Assembly: GCF_022045235.1 (NCBI RefSeq)
Contig: NW_027266319.1
Coordinates: forward strand, 34,410,001-34,474,000
Length of the DNA stretch: 64,000 nt
Source of the DNA: Haliotis cracherodii
Taxonomy: Eukaryota
Direction: 5' to 3'
Shown here: positions 25,331-37,315 of the stretch, piece by piece
Numbering within the stretch: position 1 is the stretch's first letter
How the letters are laid out: each line of letters starts with the position of its first letter
Notes under the pieces: generated by a model
What the model saw: only the letters and a program-made list of their open reading frames with translations
The model's database searches: none
What the model was told of the DNA's origin: nothing
Made by a program: the position numbers and the translations under genes

Positions 25331-25453
25331 TCGCAGCCAACTGTATGTTCGGTTATTTACGAGGCAACAACTCCACCGGGCGGGTATTACCGCCTATTTT
25401 ACGGCAAGCATGGGTTGCTGAAGACCTATTCTACCCCGGAATCTTCACGGGTC
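25331..25453 (-). mobile_element. Short element with the family-A head and a different 3' body
   Basis: Minus strand: gacccgtgaagattccggggtagaataggtcttcagcaacccatgcttgccgtaaaa, followed by unrelated taggcggtaatacccgcccggtggag…. Confidence 0.7.
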
Positions 25454-25602
25454 GAAGACACATCAGGAACAAGTCGGGCAGAGATTATGCCCAGATATAT
25501 TTCCAACAAACCTCCTAGTTGATCTTTTTATATTTAAATTACCTTTTTGCAAGATGAGATATGTTTATCTTCTTTGATAGGCATTTAGAAGTTGGAGTAC
25601 TA

Positions 25603-25788
25603 AGTAAGGATAAGAAATTTATGGATGAACAACTTCTTTATTACAATTAAGAGCGACGTTTCGGTGTAGGTTCTAACACCGTTATCAAGCACTTGCAAGT
25701 GTTTGATAACGGTGTTAGAACCTACACCGAAACGTCGCTCTTAATTGTAAAAAAGAGGTTGTTCATCCATAAATTTCTTATCCTTACT
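25603..25788. mobile_element. 186-bp palindrome: inverted pair of Penelope-like terminal repeats
   Basis: Arms are near-perfectly complementary about 25695/25696; each arm carries ttgataa…gaaacgtc followed by an A-rich stretch. Confidence 0.8.
25697..25742 (+). ncRNA. Minimal type I hammerhead ribozyme-like motif (U3-A8 variant); mirror copy on the minus strand at 25649-25694
   Basis: Stem I aagtg(t/c)/gctctt; core UUGAUAA(C); stem II ggtgt-tagaacct-acacc; GAAA; palindromic stem III ACGU; GUC triplet at 25734-25736. Confidence 0.65.
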
Positions 25789-25897
25789 GAGATAAGTTTA
25801 GTTTTTCACTATTTCATATTTCCCAAATATGCCAGCCACGTATAGCACAACATTGACGATATCCATGTTGGTTAGGTAAGAATCCGAAAAATCATAG

Positions 25898-26230
25898 GTT
25901 AGGTGAAAAGGGGTTTAAGGTCGCGTTCACAATTATTGCACTTATAAAGAAACGTGCATGCATGTGTGTGGTGGCTTGTAACAGTGAGACTAGTGCCGGT
26001 TTTATAGTGCTCGCAAACTAAGATATCAAGCCGCAGTTTAACATGGATACCCAACGACGACACAGTGTTCTGACTCTGAGCCGTCCAGTCCATGTTTACC
26101 CCTTACTGCCTAGCGCTAGGCAGGGTAACAACAAGTACCTTATCTTGTAATGTCTTTTGGTATGACGCGACAGGGAATTGAACCAACGGCTTTCCGAACA
26201 GACGCTCTATCTACTGGACTCCATGAGGTA
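25898..26230 (-). mobile_element. SINE family D
   Basis: Reverse complement carries gtcataccaaaagac, catgttaaactgcggc, gcactataaa and a (cacct) tail. Confidence 0.75.
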
Positions 26231-27184
26231 CTCACAGCAACGTACTGGACACAGATGCACCTCGGAGCTTGTAATTTATCCTTTATACTAATGTGTGTTG
26301 GAATGTTGTAAATGATTGTTTCATGGTCAAGTTGGCAGACGGACAGCGACGCCCTTACCAAGCCTGCAATGGTATACAGGTATGAGATCACTTAACATAC
26401 GTATGCCTGAATAGAACGAAAACTATAACGAAATTATAGACTTCTGAAAAAGGAAATTGATTTAAATTAAATAGTAATAGTTGGTGAAAATAAAATGAAA
26501 TCGTCAACGAGTATAATTATCTTGGTATCACCACTGATCATGGAGTGACACCATATACTAGTACAGCCTGGTTCCCTGGGTATGATGCGCTGGCGCCTGT
26601 CTGATACTAATACAGACCGTATTTACACACCGTTTTCGCAATAACCCGGTATTTCACTACCACGCTAATACAATCACAAAATAGATTATGCTGAACTCAT
26701 CAATCTCATTACACTACAGCGTCACAATTCCGTATGTACACAGACTACATACACAAGAAAAGAATAGTTCTCTCGATATCAAAATAACCAAAAGACGCCG
26801 GAAGTACGTTTGTTGTGTGAACAGCCTGCACACGAAATACCGCTAGTGTAGGTAAACAACCTACAAACATGAAGTTTTTTGCAAATCAGATATTACACCT
26901 TCAGTCATTCAGGTTAGAGTGAAATAACCATTGATTTACACTGTTGGAAGATATTAACAAATTAGGAATATATAATGTTTTGTTTGAGTAGTATGACGCC
27001 CATCGCAAACGAATAATTTTAACAGCGGTATTCTCAGTGACAAAACATGTTAGAGTGACTTCCCCTTGGCACTATTTGCCGAACTGTTGTCCTTCCCGAC
27101 CGTGTAAACAAATCTATTCTGAAATCTGCATATGTTTTGTTAAAGTTCACAAAACGAAATTGTAACCTCCGTCAGTAGACCAAA

Positions 27185-30100
27185 ATGTCAACAAAAGATT
27201 CATGGAAGGTTGTCATAAGTTGTCATTCTTTTGTGTTTGGTTTGGCTGCCGTTTGTAAATTTTATAATCTTTTCAATTGTAGTGTAGCAATTTGCACAAG
27301 ACTACTGCTGCAGCTATTTGCAATTCATGTCACGTACACCATTGTACTTAAAGTGTGTTAGTGGGTGTATAAACTCAATAGTATTTATTCATATGATCGT
27401 CAATATATCTTGACATATCTAATTCTTTCTGTATACAGTGTTATTCTGTTTGGCATGAAAAGTGTTCATAAATAAAAAATTCAAGTGAGAGTTTACATTG
27501 AATTTTGTTTTAATAGACATTCAATTGAAAACTGTTTGCATAAAATGTTTGTATTGTAATGTAAATTATTCCCTGAATATGCTTAAATATGTATCTGTGA
27601 CTTATGCTGTGTGTTTTTTTTCAGTTAGAGCAAATCCTTGTTTTAGTAGCTAGATACATAGAAAAAAATTGTTCATTGTGTGTGCTGTGTCATATAAAGC
27701 TTTATGTTTGACAACCACGGAGAGTTTCCTTAAATGGTGTGTGTACACTGCTCAAGGACTGCTCGGGACTTCAGTAAAACTAATAAGACAAAGCTGTCTC
27801 TGTTTACCATGTCCTTGAATTTTCATGTGACATGAATTTAAAGAGGTTAAAATGAATTCATACAATAATTATGAGTGCAGGTTGCATCACAAACTGACTG
27901 AAGAACTGTGAGAAATGCTAGAAAAATGCTTTTCTGGCTTCATTTAATAAATATGAATCACAGGGATATGAAAATAGCATATATCAAAACAACACAAAAA
28001 AAAGAAGGTACTTTTACAGGAACTATGATAATAAACATAGAAATTAATGGCATGTTGTCATGCATGTATGAAACGGCCTGTAGCCTAATTACCTAACACC
28101 TGTAATGAAGTGATGACCTCACACAGGCCCGTGAATTCTCACAGGTGCAAGTGGCACCTGAGTTCGGGGGAATCTCAAAATATTGCTGTTACTTTATTGA
28201 GATATGCGTTGACGTGGATAGCAATTAAGATAATGGGCATAAAGCTTTTGTCTAGTATTTCCAACAATACAAGGCTTAAATTAGTTGTGATTTAGAATGT
28301 TCGATGTCTTTTCTGGGTTGATGAAGGTGAATATTGAAAAGCAAAATTGTACACTAGTGACTATTCTATATGATACTTTCTTTGTGTTTCACAATGTTAA
28401 TCAAAACCCCTGTAAAGCTGTGGTCTTTGAAGAGAATCCATGTTGTGTCACAAGAACTGAGTGATCCTGGACAGACAGCAGGCATGCATCCCTATCAGTA
28501 TTTGAGCAGTGAACATGATAGATGTATCAATAGCTGTGTGTCATAGCATAGTTTTCATTTTTCAGACTTTTCAAGATCAATTCCAGAAACTATCAGAAAC
28601 AAATAAATCTATTCAAAATAACTTGAAAAAACTTGAGTCGTCCAAGAAAGAGAAAGACTGTGCCCAGGTGAAGGAAAGCCTAGGGAAACAGCTGGATGAA
28701 GCCATCAAGCTACTGGAGAACGTGAGTTAGGTGGACTGTCACTGTGAGTTAGGCGAGCTGTCACTGTGAGTTAGGCAGGAAAGTCGCTGTCATTGTTATC
28801 AATATTTCAGGTTAAAGAATATTGCCAGAATCAATGATTGTCATCTTATCATGAACTGAAGAGCTGCTGTAGAGGTAATACGTTGCCAGGAGACCTGGCG
28901 AAGATATGGGTTAGAATAGTCTTTCAGCATCCTATGATGCTTGCCATAAAAGGTGACTGTGCAATAGTCAACTAACGGGATCGGGTGGTCAGGCTCGCTG
29001 ACTTGGTTGATGCATGTCATCGTATCCCAATTGGTAGACCGATGTCCCTGATGGGTGTCATTGGTGTGGATCGAACGTTGGTTGCATTATCAATCACTGG
29101 AATGTCTGGTCCAGACTTGATTATTTACAGACTGCCATATATATATAGTGTGGCGTTAAACCACAAACAAACAAACAAACATTGCTAGGAGAAGATGCTG
29201 TGGGAGAGGGTGCATTAACAACATTAAATACAGTAATGTTCTTTTCACAGATCCAGGAAAGACTTTACATTAAATGTTCTTGTTAAAGCTACAGGAGTTG
29301 GTGCATTAATTACATTAAATAAAGTATTGTTCTTGTCAAAGCTCCAGGAAAAACTTCATTAATTACATTAAATGTTCTTGTTAAAGCTACAGGAGTTGGT
29401 GCATTAATTACATTAAATAAAGTATTGTTCTTATCAAAGCTTCAGAAAAGACTTCATTAATTACATTAAATGTTCTTGTTAAAGCTACAGGAGATGGTGC
29501 TTTAATAACATTAAATACAGTAATGTTCTTGTCACAGCTCCAGGAGATGTTGCATTAATTACATTAAATACAGTAATGTTCTTGTCACAGCTCCAGGAGA
29601 TGTTGCATTAATTACATTAAATACAGTAATGTTCTTGTCACAGCTCCAGGAGATGTTGCATTAATTACATTAAATACAGTAATGTTCTTGCCACAGCTCC
29701 AGGAGAAGGTGGGACAGACACAGAGAGACCTGACCTCACCAAATACCAATGTCAGTAAAGAAAAGGCCCCAAGACAAAAGTGAGATAGAATTTATGTCAA
29801 ATGTAAAATCATTTCATATCAAGCACAATATTTTCAATTATTTTGATTAATAAAATAAATTAAGGCAGCAGCATCCATTAAAGAGGAATCTAAGGATTAT
29901 AAGGAATATTCCACTGGCTGGCTGTTATCAAGAGACTAATCACCTAGCAGATAATGTTGATAATGTCCCCAGAGGGAGGCTGGACCCGGAAGAGTCGGAG
30001 ATGGCGTATGAGTTAAAGGCGCAGATGATGAAGAATGTGGAGGCTCAGAACTCCAAGCTACGAGCAGAGATCACTTTACATGAGAAGATTGTGGAGGTGA

Positions 30101-33100
30101 AGCATCTCCACAACGAGAACCAGAAGCTGCAGGAGGAGTCCAACCTCTCCCACACCAACGTTGTCAAGCTCCTCAGCAGGTTCGAGAAGAAGGCCAAGGA
30201 AAGTAAGTGCCAAATGCTGTGTGTCAGAATAGCAACAGCTCTAATGCAACCTGTCTGTGTTTATGTGACGTTATGTTGGGTACTGGGTGTTCCTGACACC
30301 TGTTGCCTGGGTGGATGTTGATGGTGTTGAGAACTGGGTGTTCCTGACACCTGTTGTCTGGGTGGATGTTGATGGTGTTGAGAACAGGGTGTTCTAGACA
30401 CCTGTTGCCTGGGTGGATGTTGATGGTGTTGAGAACTGGGTGTTCCTGACACCTGTTGCCTGGGTGGATGTTGATGGTGTTGAGAACTGGGTGTTCCTGA
30501 CACCTGTTGCCTGGGTGGATGTTGATGGTGTTGAGAAATGGGTGTTCTGGACACCTGTTGCCTGGGTGGATGTTGATGGTGTTGAGAACAGGGTGTTCCA
30601 GACACCTGTTTTCTGGGTGGATGTTGATGGTGTTGAGAACTGGGTGTTCCTGACACTTGTTGTCTGGGTGGATGTTGATGGTGTTGAGAACAGGGTGTTC
30701 TAGACACCTGTTGCCTGGGTGGATGTTGATGGTGTTGAGAACTGGGTGTTCCTGACACCTGTTGCCTGGGTGGATGTTGATGGTGTTGAGAACTGGGTGT
30801 TCCTGACACCTGTTGCCTGGGTGGATGTTGATGGTGTTGAGAACAGGGTGTTCTAGACACCTGTTGTCTGGGTGGATGTTGATGGTGTTGAGAACAGGGT
30901 GTTCCTGACACCTGTTGCCTGGGTGGATGTTGATGGTGTTGAGAACTGGGTGTTCCTGACACCTGTTGCCTGGGTGGATGTTGATGGTGTTGAGAACAGG
31001 GTGTTCCTGACACCTGTTGCCTGGGTGGATGTTGATGGTGTTGAGAACAGGGTGTTCTGGACACCTGTTGCCTGGGTGGATGTTGATGGTGTTGAGAACA
31101 GGGTGTTCTGGACACCTGTTGCCTGGGTGGATGTTGATGGTGTTGAGAACAGGGTGTTCTGGACACCTGTTGCCTGGGTGGATGTTGATGGTGTTGAGAA
31201 CTGGGTGTTCTTGACACCTGTTGCCTGGGTGGATGTTGATGGTGTTGAGAACTGGGTGTTCAGTACACCTGTGGCCTGAGTGGTATACAAAAGTGTTATT
31301 GTACAGTCTTGCAGTCACTTGTCACCTGTATACTACAGTTTGTTGTTGTGCACTGTTTCAGCTGACAAGAAGTTGAAGGCATTTGATGAGGAGCTGGCTA
31401 AGGCCAACAGACTGGCATTCCGATACAAAGACCTGTATGATCAGGAACGGCAGCGGAACCGTGGAAAGGCACTATCCCCACGCCCAGATGACCGTGAAGA
31501 GACGGACAGACTGACCATGCCGTCCATCTCTGGACGCCACAAGTTATCCAACTCTTCCACTCTCTTGGGAAACAATGTGAGAGTCAACGATGTCATCCGG
31601 AAAAATGAGGTTGTGTTCGTCAGTTTTACAGTTTTGTTATTTGTAAAAATTAATGAGATGTGTGTCTTACTTCTGAAAGAGCTACATCCGGCTAACATTG
31701 TTGTCGCTGTTTGGGTGGTCAGACTCACTGACTTGGTTGATGCATGTCATCGTATCCCAGTTCCCTAGGTTGATGCTCATGATGTCAATCACGTGATTAC
31801 TTACAGAAGATTTACTTGAATTAACTTAAAACAATAAACAGTTTTTATCATCATTTTCAGAGTTTGGTGGATGAGAATGAGTCTCTAAGGAAGGAGATTG
31901 TAAAGTTACGTCAGGACAACGCAATCCTTTTGAAGAAAACCAAACATGCAATGGCTGACAGAGACAGTATACTAGTATGTGTATTCACCGTTTAACTGAT
32001 GAATGACTGCTTAATGATGGTTTGACTGTTGAATGACTGTTTGACTGCTGTGTAGTCCCAAGTAACCCACCCATGCTTGTCATAAGAGGAAACTAAATAG
32101 ATTAAGCATAACTGTTGAATTACTGTTTACCGTATTAGACGTAATAAGTGCCCTGCTCTAATAAGCGCCTACGGCGATATTTGCTAATATACTTGCTAGT
32201 GAACAATCCTAATTGGCACCCCTTCCGATAGATCAATGTACACAAGACTTATTTATTTGTGCATAATATGTTTGTTATATGCATCCTTAATTATGGGCAA
32301 TTGAATTCTGGAAAAATATATCTGTCGTATATAAACATATCAGGCTGTTAGCATAAACCACGAAATTTACAATCTTTCAACTTTAATAAGAGCCCCCTCA
32401 TTCTAATTTTGAGAGCGCCCTGGGCGCTTATTATGTCAAATACGGTAAATGTCAAATGACCCATCCTATGTACAGACACCCCATCCCTTTCTAACTACAG
32501 TTATAACGAAGTCAAAGGGACCACTAATTTTAGTTTGTTATAACCGTAGTTCGCTATTAGCATTTCGACTGAACTTCCTCTGATGTTGCATTTAGAAACA
32601 GAATTTATCCTCTTCAAAGGCTAAAGCTTAATCACTGTTTTACTATTGTAAATTGAGGGTGTTAAATGGGGTCAAATGGGATCAAGGTAATCACTTACCT
32701 TCAATTGTTTATTGCCGTTTTGAGGAGCCGCATGTGGCAGCGGGTGTTTTGATAGGCTGATTAGTGATACTTATGGGGATATTTGTTGCAGCATGAGCTG
32801 GAAACATGTCGCATGTCACGGGAAGATGTCGTCAAACGATTCCAGAAGGAGAAGGCTCAGGTAATACTGCTGTCATTAAAAGGGGAAGACTCAGGTAACA
32901 CTGCTGTCATTAAAAGGGGAAGGCTCAGGTAATACTGCTGTCATTAAAAGGGGAAGACTCAGGTAACACTGCTGTCATTGAAAGGGGAAGGCTCAGGTAA
33001 CACTGCTGTCATTGAAAGGGGAAGACTCAGGTAACACTACTGTCATTGAAAGGGGAAGACTCAGGTAACACTGCTGTCATTGAAAGGGGAAGACTCAGGT

Positions 33101-36100
33101 AACACTACTGTCATTGAAAGGGGAAGACTCAGGTGCTGTCATTGAAAGGGGAAGGTTCAGGTAACACTGCTGTCATTAAAAGGGGAAGACTCAGGTAACA
33201 CTACTGTCATTGAAAGGGGAAGGCTCAGGTAACACTGCTGTCATTGAAAGGGGAAGACTCAGGTGCTATCATTGAAAGGGGAAGACTCAGGTAACACTGC
33301 TGTCAATGAAAGGGGAAGACTCAGGTGCTGTCATTGAAAGGGGAAGACTCAGGTGCTGTCATTGAAAGGAGAAGACTCAGGTGCTGTTATTGAAAGGGGA
33401 AGACTCAGGTGCTGTCATTGAAAGGGGAAGACTCAGGTGCTGTCATTGAAAGGGGAAGGCTCAGGTAACACTGCTGTCATTGAAAGGGGAAGATTCAGGT
33501 AACACTGCTGTCATTGAAAGGGGAAGGCTCAGGTAACACTGCTGTCATTGAAAGGGGAAGACTCAGGTGCTGTCATTGAAAGGGGAAGACTCAGGTGCTG
33601 TCATTGAAAGGGGAAGGCTCAGGTACCACTACTGTCATTGAAAGGGGAAGACTCAGGTGCTGTCATTGAAAGGGGGAGACTCAGGTGCTGTCATTGAAAG
33701 CGGAAGACTCAGGTGCTGTCATTGAAAGGGGAAGGCTCAGGTGCTGTCATTGAAAGGGGAAGGCTCAGGTGCTGTGATTGCAAGGGGAAGGCTCAGGTGC
33801 TGTCATTGAAAGGGGAAGACTCAGGTGCTGTCATTGAAAGGGGAAAGACTCAGGTGCTGTCATTGAAAGGGGGAAGACTCAGGTGCTGTCATTGAAAGGG
33901 GAAGGTTCAGGTAACACTGCTGTGATTGAAAGGGGAAGACTCAGGTGCTGTCATTGAAAGGGGAAGACTCAGGTGCTGTCATTGAAAGGGGAAGGCTCAG
34001 GTAACACTGCTGTCATTGAAAGGGGAAGACTCAGGTGCTGTCATTGAAAGGGAAAGACTCAGGTGCTGTCATTGAAAGGGGAAGACTCAGGTGCTGTCAT
34101 TGAAAGGGGAAGGCTCAGGTGCTGTCTTTGAAAGGGGAAAGACTCAGGTGCTGTCATTGAAAGGGGAAGACTCAGGTGCTGTCATTAAAAGGGGAAGGCT
34201 CAGGTGCTGTCTTTGAAAGGGGAAGACTCAGGTGCTGTCATTGAAAGGGGAAGGCTCAGGTGCTGTCATTGAAAGGGGAAGGCTCAGGTAACACTGCTGT
34301 GATTTAAAGGGGAAGACTCAGGTGCTGTGATTGAAAGGGGAAGGCTCAGGTGCTGTCATTGAAAGGGGAAGACCCACGTGCTGTCATTGAAGAACTGGGA
34401 GAAGTGTAATGCCACTTCTCCCCAAGTACCTTCCATTGTTTTGCATGTTTAGATCTGTAGTGAGTGAGTGAGTATGGTTTTACGCCGCTTTTAGCAATTA
34501 GATCTGTAGTGACAGTAGTATATTATTATATGTAGACATTCCAATAGATGGCTGTCAAAGATACATGTAGTTAATTTCATACACAGGTCATGGCTTAATG
34601 GTTTTTCTTCTTATCACGAAAGTATTTCCCTTGTATCAGGTGCTACCTATGGAGATTCCTAGCACAACTTGCAGAGAGAACTATACCGAGAACTAGGGGT
34701 TACAGTGTTTGACCTGGCAGAGTGCCCCAACAACATGGACTGTTTGCTCATGCAGTCAGCCTGGCCCAAGGGTGATATAGCTTGAGAATTACTCCATGGC
34801 ATAGAACAATATTCACTCACTCACCCATTTCATATCTTTCTCCTCAGAACCAGGTCCTAGCGCGGGCAGCAGCTCGCCGAGCTCAGGACTTTGTGTTTGA
34901 GAAGCGCCAGCAACATAGCCTTGAGGAGAGCTTACGTTGGAGAGTGGTATACAACGATAGGGTAGCTGTGTTTGGATGGATTAAAGCTTACTTGCTGTGT
35001 GTAGCCAGGCAGACCAAACAATTAACAGACTTAAGATGAACAGAATGTCCACAATATGGCACTTACATGCAATAACAGTGAAAGGCACTGTATTCTGTAG
35101 ACTTAGTGCAAAATATTATGTCAGTGTCCCGCATAAGAAATTTGTTGGGTAGCAACATGGTTGACACCATTCTATTTGCATAATTATTGCATCCTATATG
35201 CATTAATACTGCATACTATTTGCATAAATATTGCATCCTATTTGCATAAATATTGCATACTATTTGCATAAATATTGGATCCTATTTGCATAAATATTGC
35301 ATACTATTTGCATAAATATTGCATCCTATTTGCTTAAATATTGCATATTATTTGCATAAATATTGTAATCTATTTTCATAAATATTGAATACTATTTACA
35401 TAAATATTGCATCCTATTTGCATAAATAGTTGTATCCTATATGCATAAATTGTTTGAACTGATGCAAATAATATGCACTAGAATTCATAAGGGACATACA
35501 GAATAACAATAAATCACATTTTAATCTGTTACATTTAAGTGACATTTCTGTTCGGATAAGAGGATGCTTTCTTGAATATCGCAGCTCATTTAAGAGTAAT
35601 ATTAGTGAGCAGTGTGTTCAGATAATTGTGCTTTTGTTAACTTTTGTGCCAAATAGTTGAATAGTGTGGACATTTCACACATTTGTAATCTGTATTTGTT
35701 TGTTAGGCCTGATATTAGAGCTTCTTGAATGCTAGACCCATCACGTAGATATGACCAGCTGGCGTAGTGAAACACTCGTAGGAATCTCACCTTTGCTTAT
35801 TGGGTAATGTTGACAGAAGTGTGTCAGTGCAGTGCAGACTCCTGTGTGAATGCTGGAATATTGACTACCGTCTCTGATTGCAGAGTATATCAGATGCTAT
35901 TTTCCTTGAAACTTTCATCAATTAATGTGCAAATCCTGAGTACCGGTACATCAAATATATTAGATGCTACTTCCCTTAAAACTTTCATCAATCAATGTGC
36001 AAATCCTGAGTACCGGTACATCAAATATATTAGATGCTACTTCCCTTAAAACTTTCATCAATCAATGTGCAAATCCTGAGTACCGGTACATCAAATATAT

Positions 36101-37315
36101 TAGATGCTATTTCCCTTAAAACTTTCATCAATCAATGTGCAAGTACACAGGTACCTCAGCTCCGTTAAAACTTTCATCCCTGTATGACCCAGACGAAAGT
36201 ACATAAATATATCAGATCCGATAAATCTTTCATCCCTGTATGACCCAGACCAAAGTACATATGTATATCAGATCCGATAAATCTTTCATCCCTGTATGAC
36301 CCAGACCAAAGTACATACATATCTCAGCTCAAATTAAACATCCATCCCTGTATGACCCAGGTACACAGGTACCTCAGCTCCGTTAAAACTTTCATCCCTG
36401 TATGACCCAGCCCAAAGTACATACGTATATCAGCTCCTTTAAAATTTTCATCCCTGTACAAACGTATATCAGCTCCTTTAAAACTTTCATCCCTGTATGA
36501 CCCGGACCAAAGTACATACTTATATCAGTTCCGTTAAAACTTTCATCCCTGTACACACGTACATCAGGTCCGTTAAAACTTTCATCCATCCATCCATGAG
36601 TCTCCATCCTGGACTGTTTGTACTGTTCTGTGTTTCTGTGTTCTTGATTGCAACAACTCTGTCGTGCCCCTGTGTCTTACAACTGTGTTCAGTGACTGTG
36701 ATATGTTCCTTTAAGTACAGTCACATCTTGATCTGTTCTCCGTGCCTTGCATGCAACATACCCAAAATTAATGTCAGGCTTAAAAAACAATAAACGAATA
36801 GGTTCTCAGGCAATGACTTTTGAAAATATAGTGCGGTCAGGCATGCTAAATTGAATCGCATCGAGAGGAGGAGGTCAGGAAATAAAAACGAAACATGCGA
36901 CAGACTATAATGATGCAGACGGTGCCTGAGAACTAAGACTTTTTTTTTTTTTAGCCATATAATTTTTAGGCCAATATCAATAGCAAGTGCATACTTTTAC
37001 TTAAAACAACTACAATTGTTTTATACAACTTAGACTTCACAGATTTTGTAAAAGCAGAGTTTCAGTGTTCGTAAACTCCTTGTTTTCCAAATGTATATTT
37101 GTTTATCTGTTTTGTGAAAAATGCGATATTTGTTTGTGGTAACAGAAAGATTCTCATATATGTATATGAACTCCTATCAATTTCAGTCTGGACCCATCAG
37201 TGCCTATGGAACAGCACCCAGAACATACTCGCACGCTGTGCCTAAGAACGTTGACCAACCACGGGGAATGCTACCAGTCCAAGACTATGCAACAGCCAAT
37301 CAAAGCTCAGCTTAA
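27185..37315 (+). CDS. Uncharacterised coiled-coil protein, ~390 aa (isoform ending at 37315)
   Basis: In-phase exons 27185-27208 (start uncertain), 28566-28721, 29697-29779, 29973-30202, 31362-31609, 31861-31974, 32792-32860, 34848-34961 (or -34946), 37187-37315. E/K/L/Q-rich heptad-like sequence, e.g. LVDENESLRKEIVKLRQDNAILLKK. Confidence 0.75.
28892..29180 (+). mobile_element. Retroposon family A, diverged full-length copy
   Basis: gacctggcgaagatatgggttagaatagtctttcag…; TSD-like acgttgccagga/acattgctagga. Confidence 0.8.
29210..29706 (+). repeat. 53-bp minisatellite (~9 copies) built from the acceptor of exon 29697
   Basis: Unit cagtaatgttcttgtcacag|ctccaggagatgttgcattaattacattaaata; the last unit is the true junction ccacag|CTCCAGGAGAAG. 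Confidence 0.9.
30279..31280. repeat. 51-bp intronic minisatellite, ~19-20 copies
   Basis: Unit gggtgttcctgacacctgttgcctgggtggatgttgatggtgttgagaac(t/a). Confidence 0.95.
32129..32447. mobile_element. Tc1/pogo-type MITE; related copy at ~50488-50845
   Basis: taccgtattagacgtaataagtgccc … gggcgcttattatgtcaaatacggta. Confidence 0.75.
32845..34392 (+). repeat. 28/34-bp minisatellite (~50 units) built from the donor of exon 32792-32860
   Basis: Units gtaacactgctgtcattgaaaggggaag(a/g)ctcag and gtgctgtcattgaaaggggaagactcag; the first unit is the true GAAGGCTCAG|gtaata. Confidence 0.95.
35172..35450. repeat. 22-bp minisatellite (~12 copies) containing the octamer ATTTGCAT
   Basis: Unit tattgcat(c/a)ctatttgcataaa. 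Confidence 0.9.
35886..36590. repeat. Compound minisatellite: ~70-bp unit x3.5, then ~40-60-bp degenerate units
   Basis: Both arrays share the core aaactttcatc. Confidence 0.85.
36777..36956. mobile_element. Short MITE related to the 13400/14364 element
   Basis: ggcttaaaaaa…ggttctcaggca … tgcctgagaacta…tttttttagcc. Confidence 0.65.

Noticed and set aside
30224-31318. Long ORFs (364, 318 and 145 aa) with His/Cys/Gln repeats
   Set aside because: They are translations of a 51-bp (multiple of 3) intronic minisatellite, antisense to the host gene, open in several frames, with no splice or start context.
32845-34392. CRISPR-like regular short repeats
   Set aside because: There are no unique spacers or cas genes, and the context is a eukaryotic intron.
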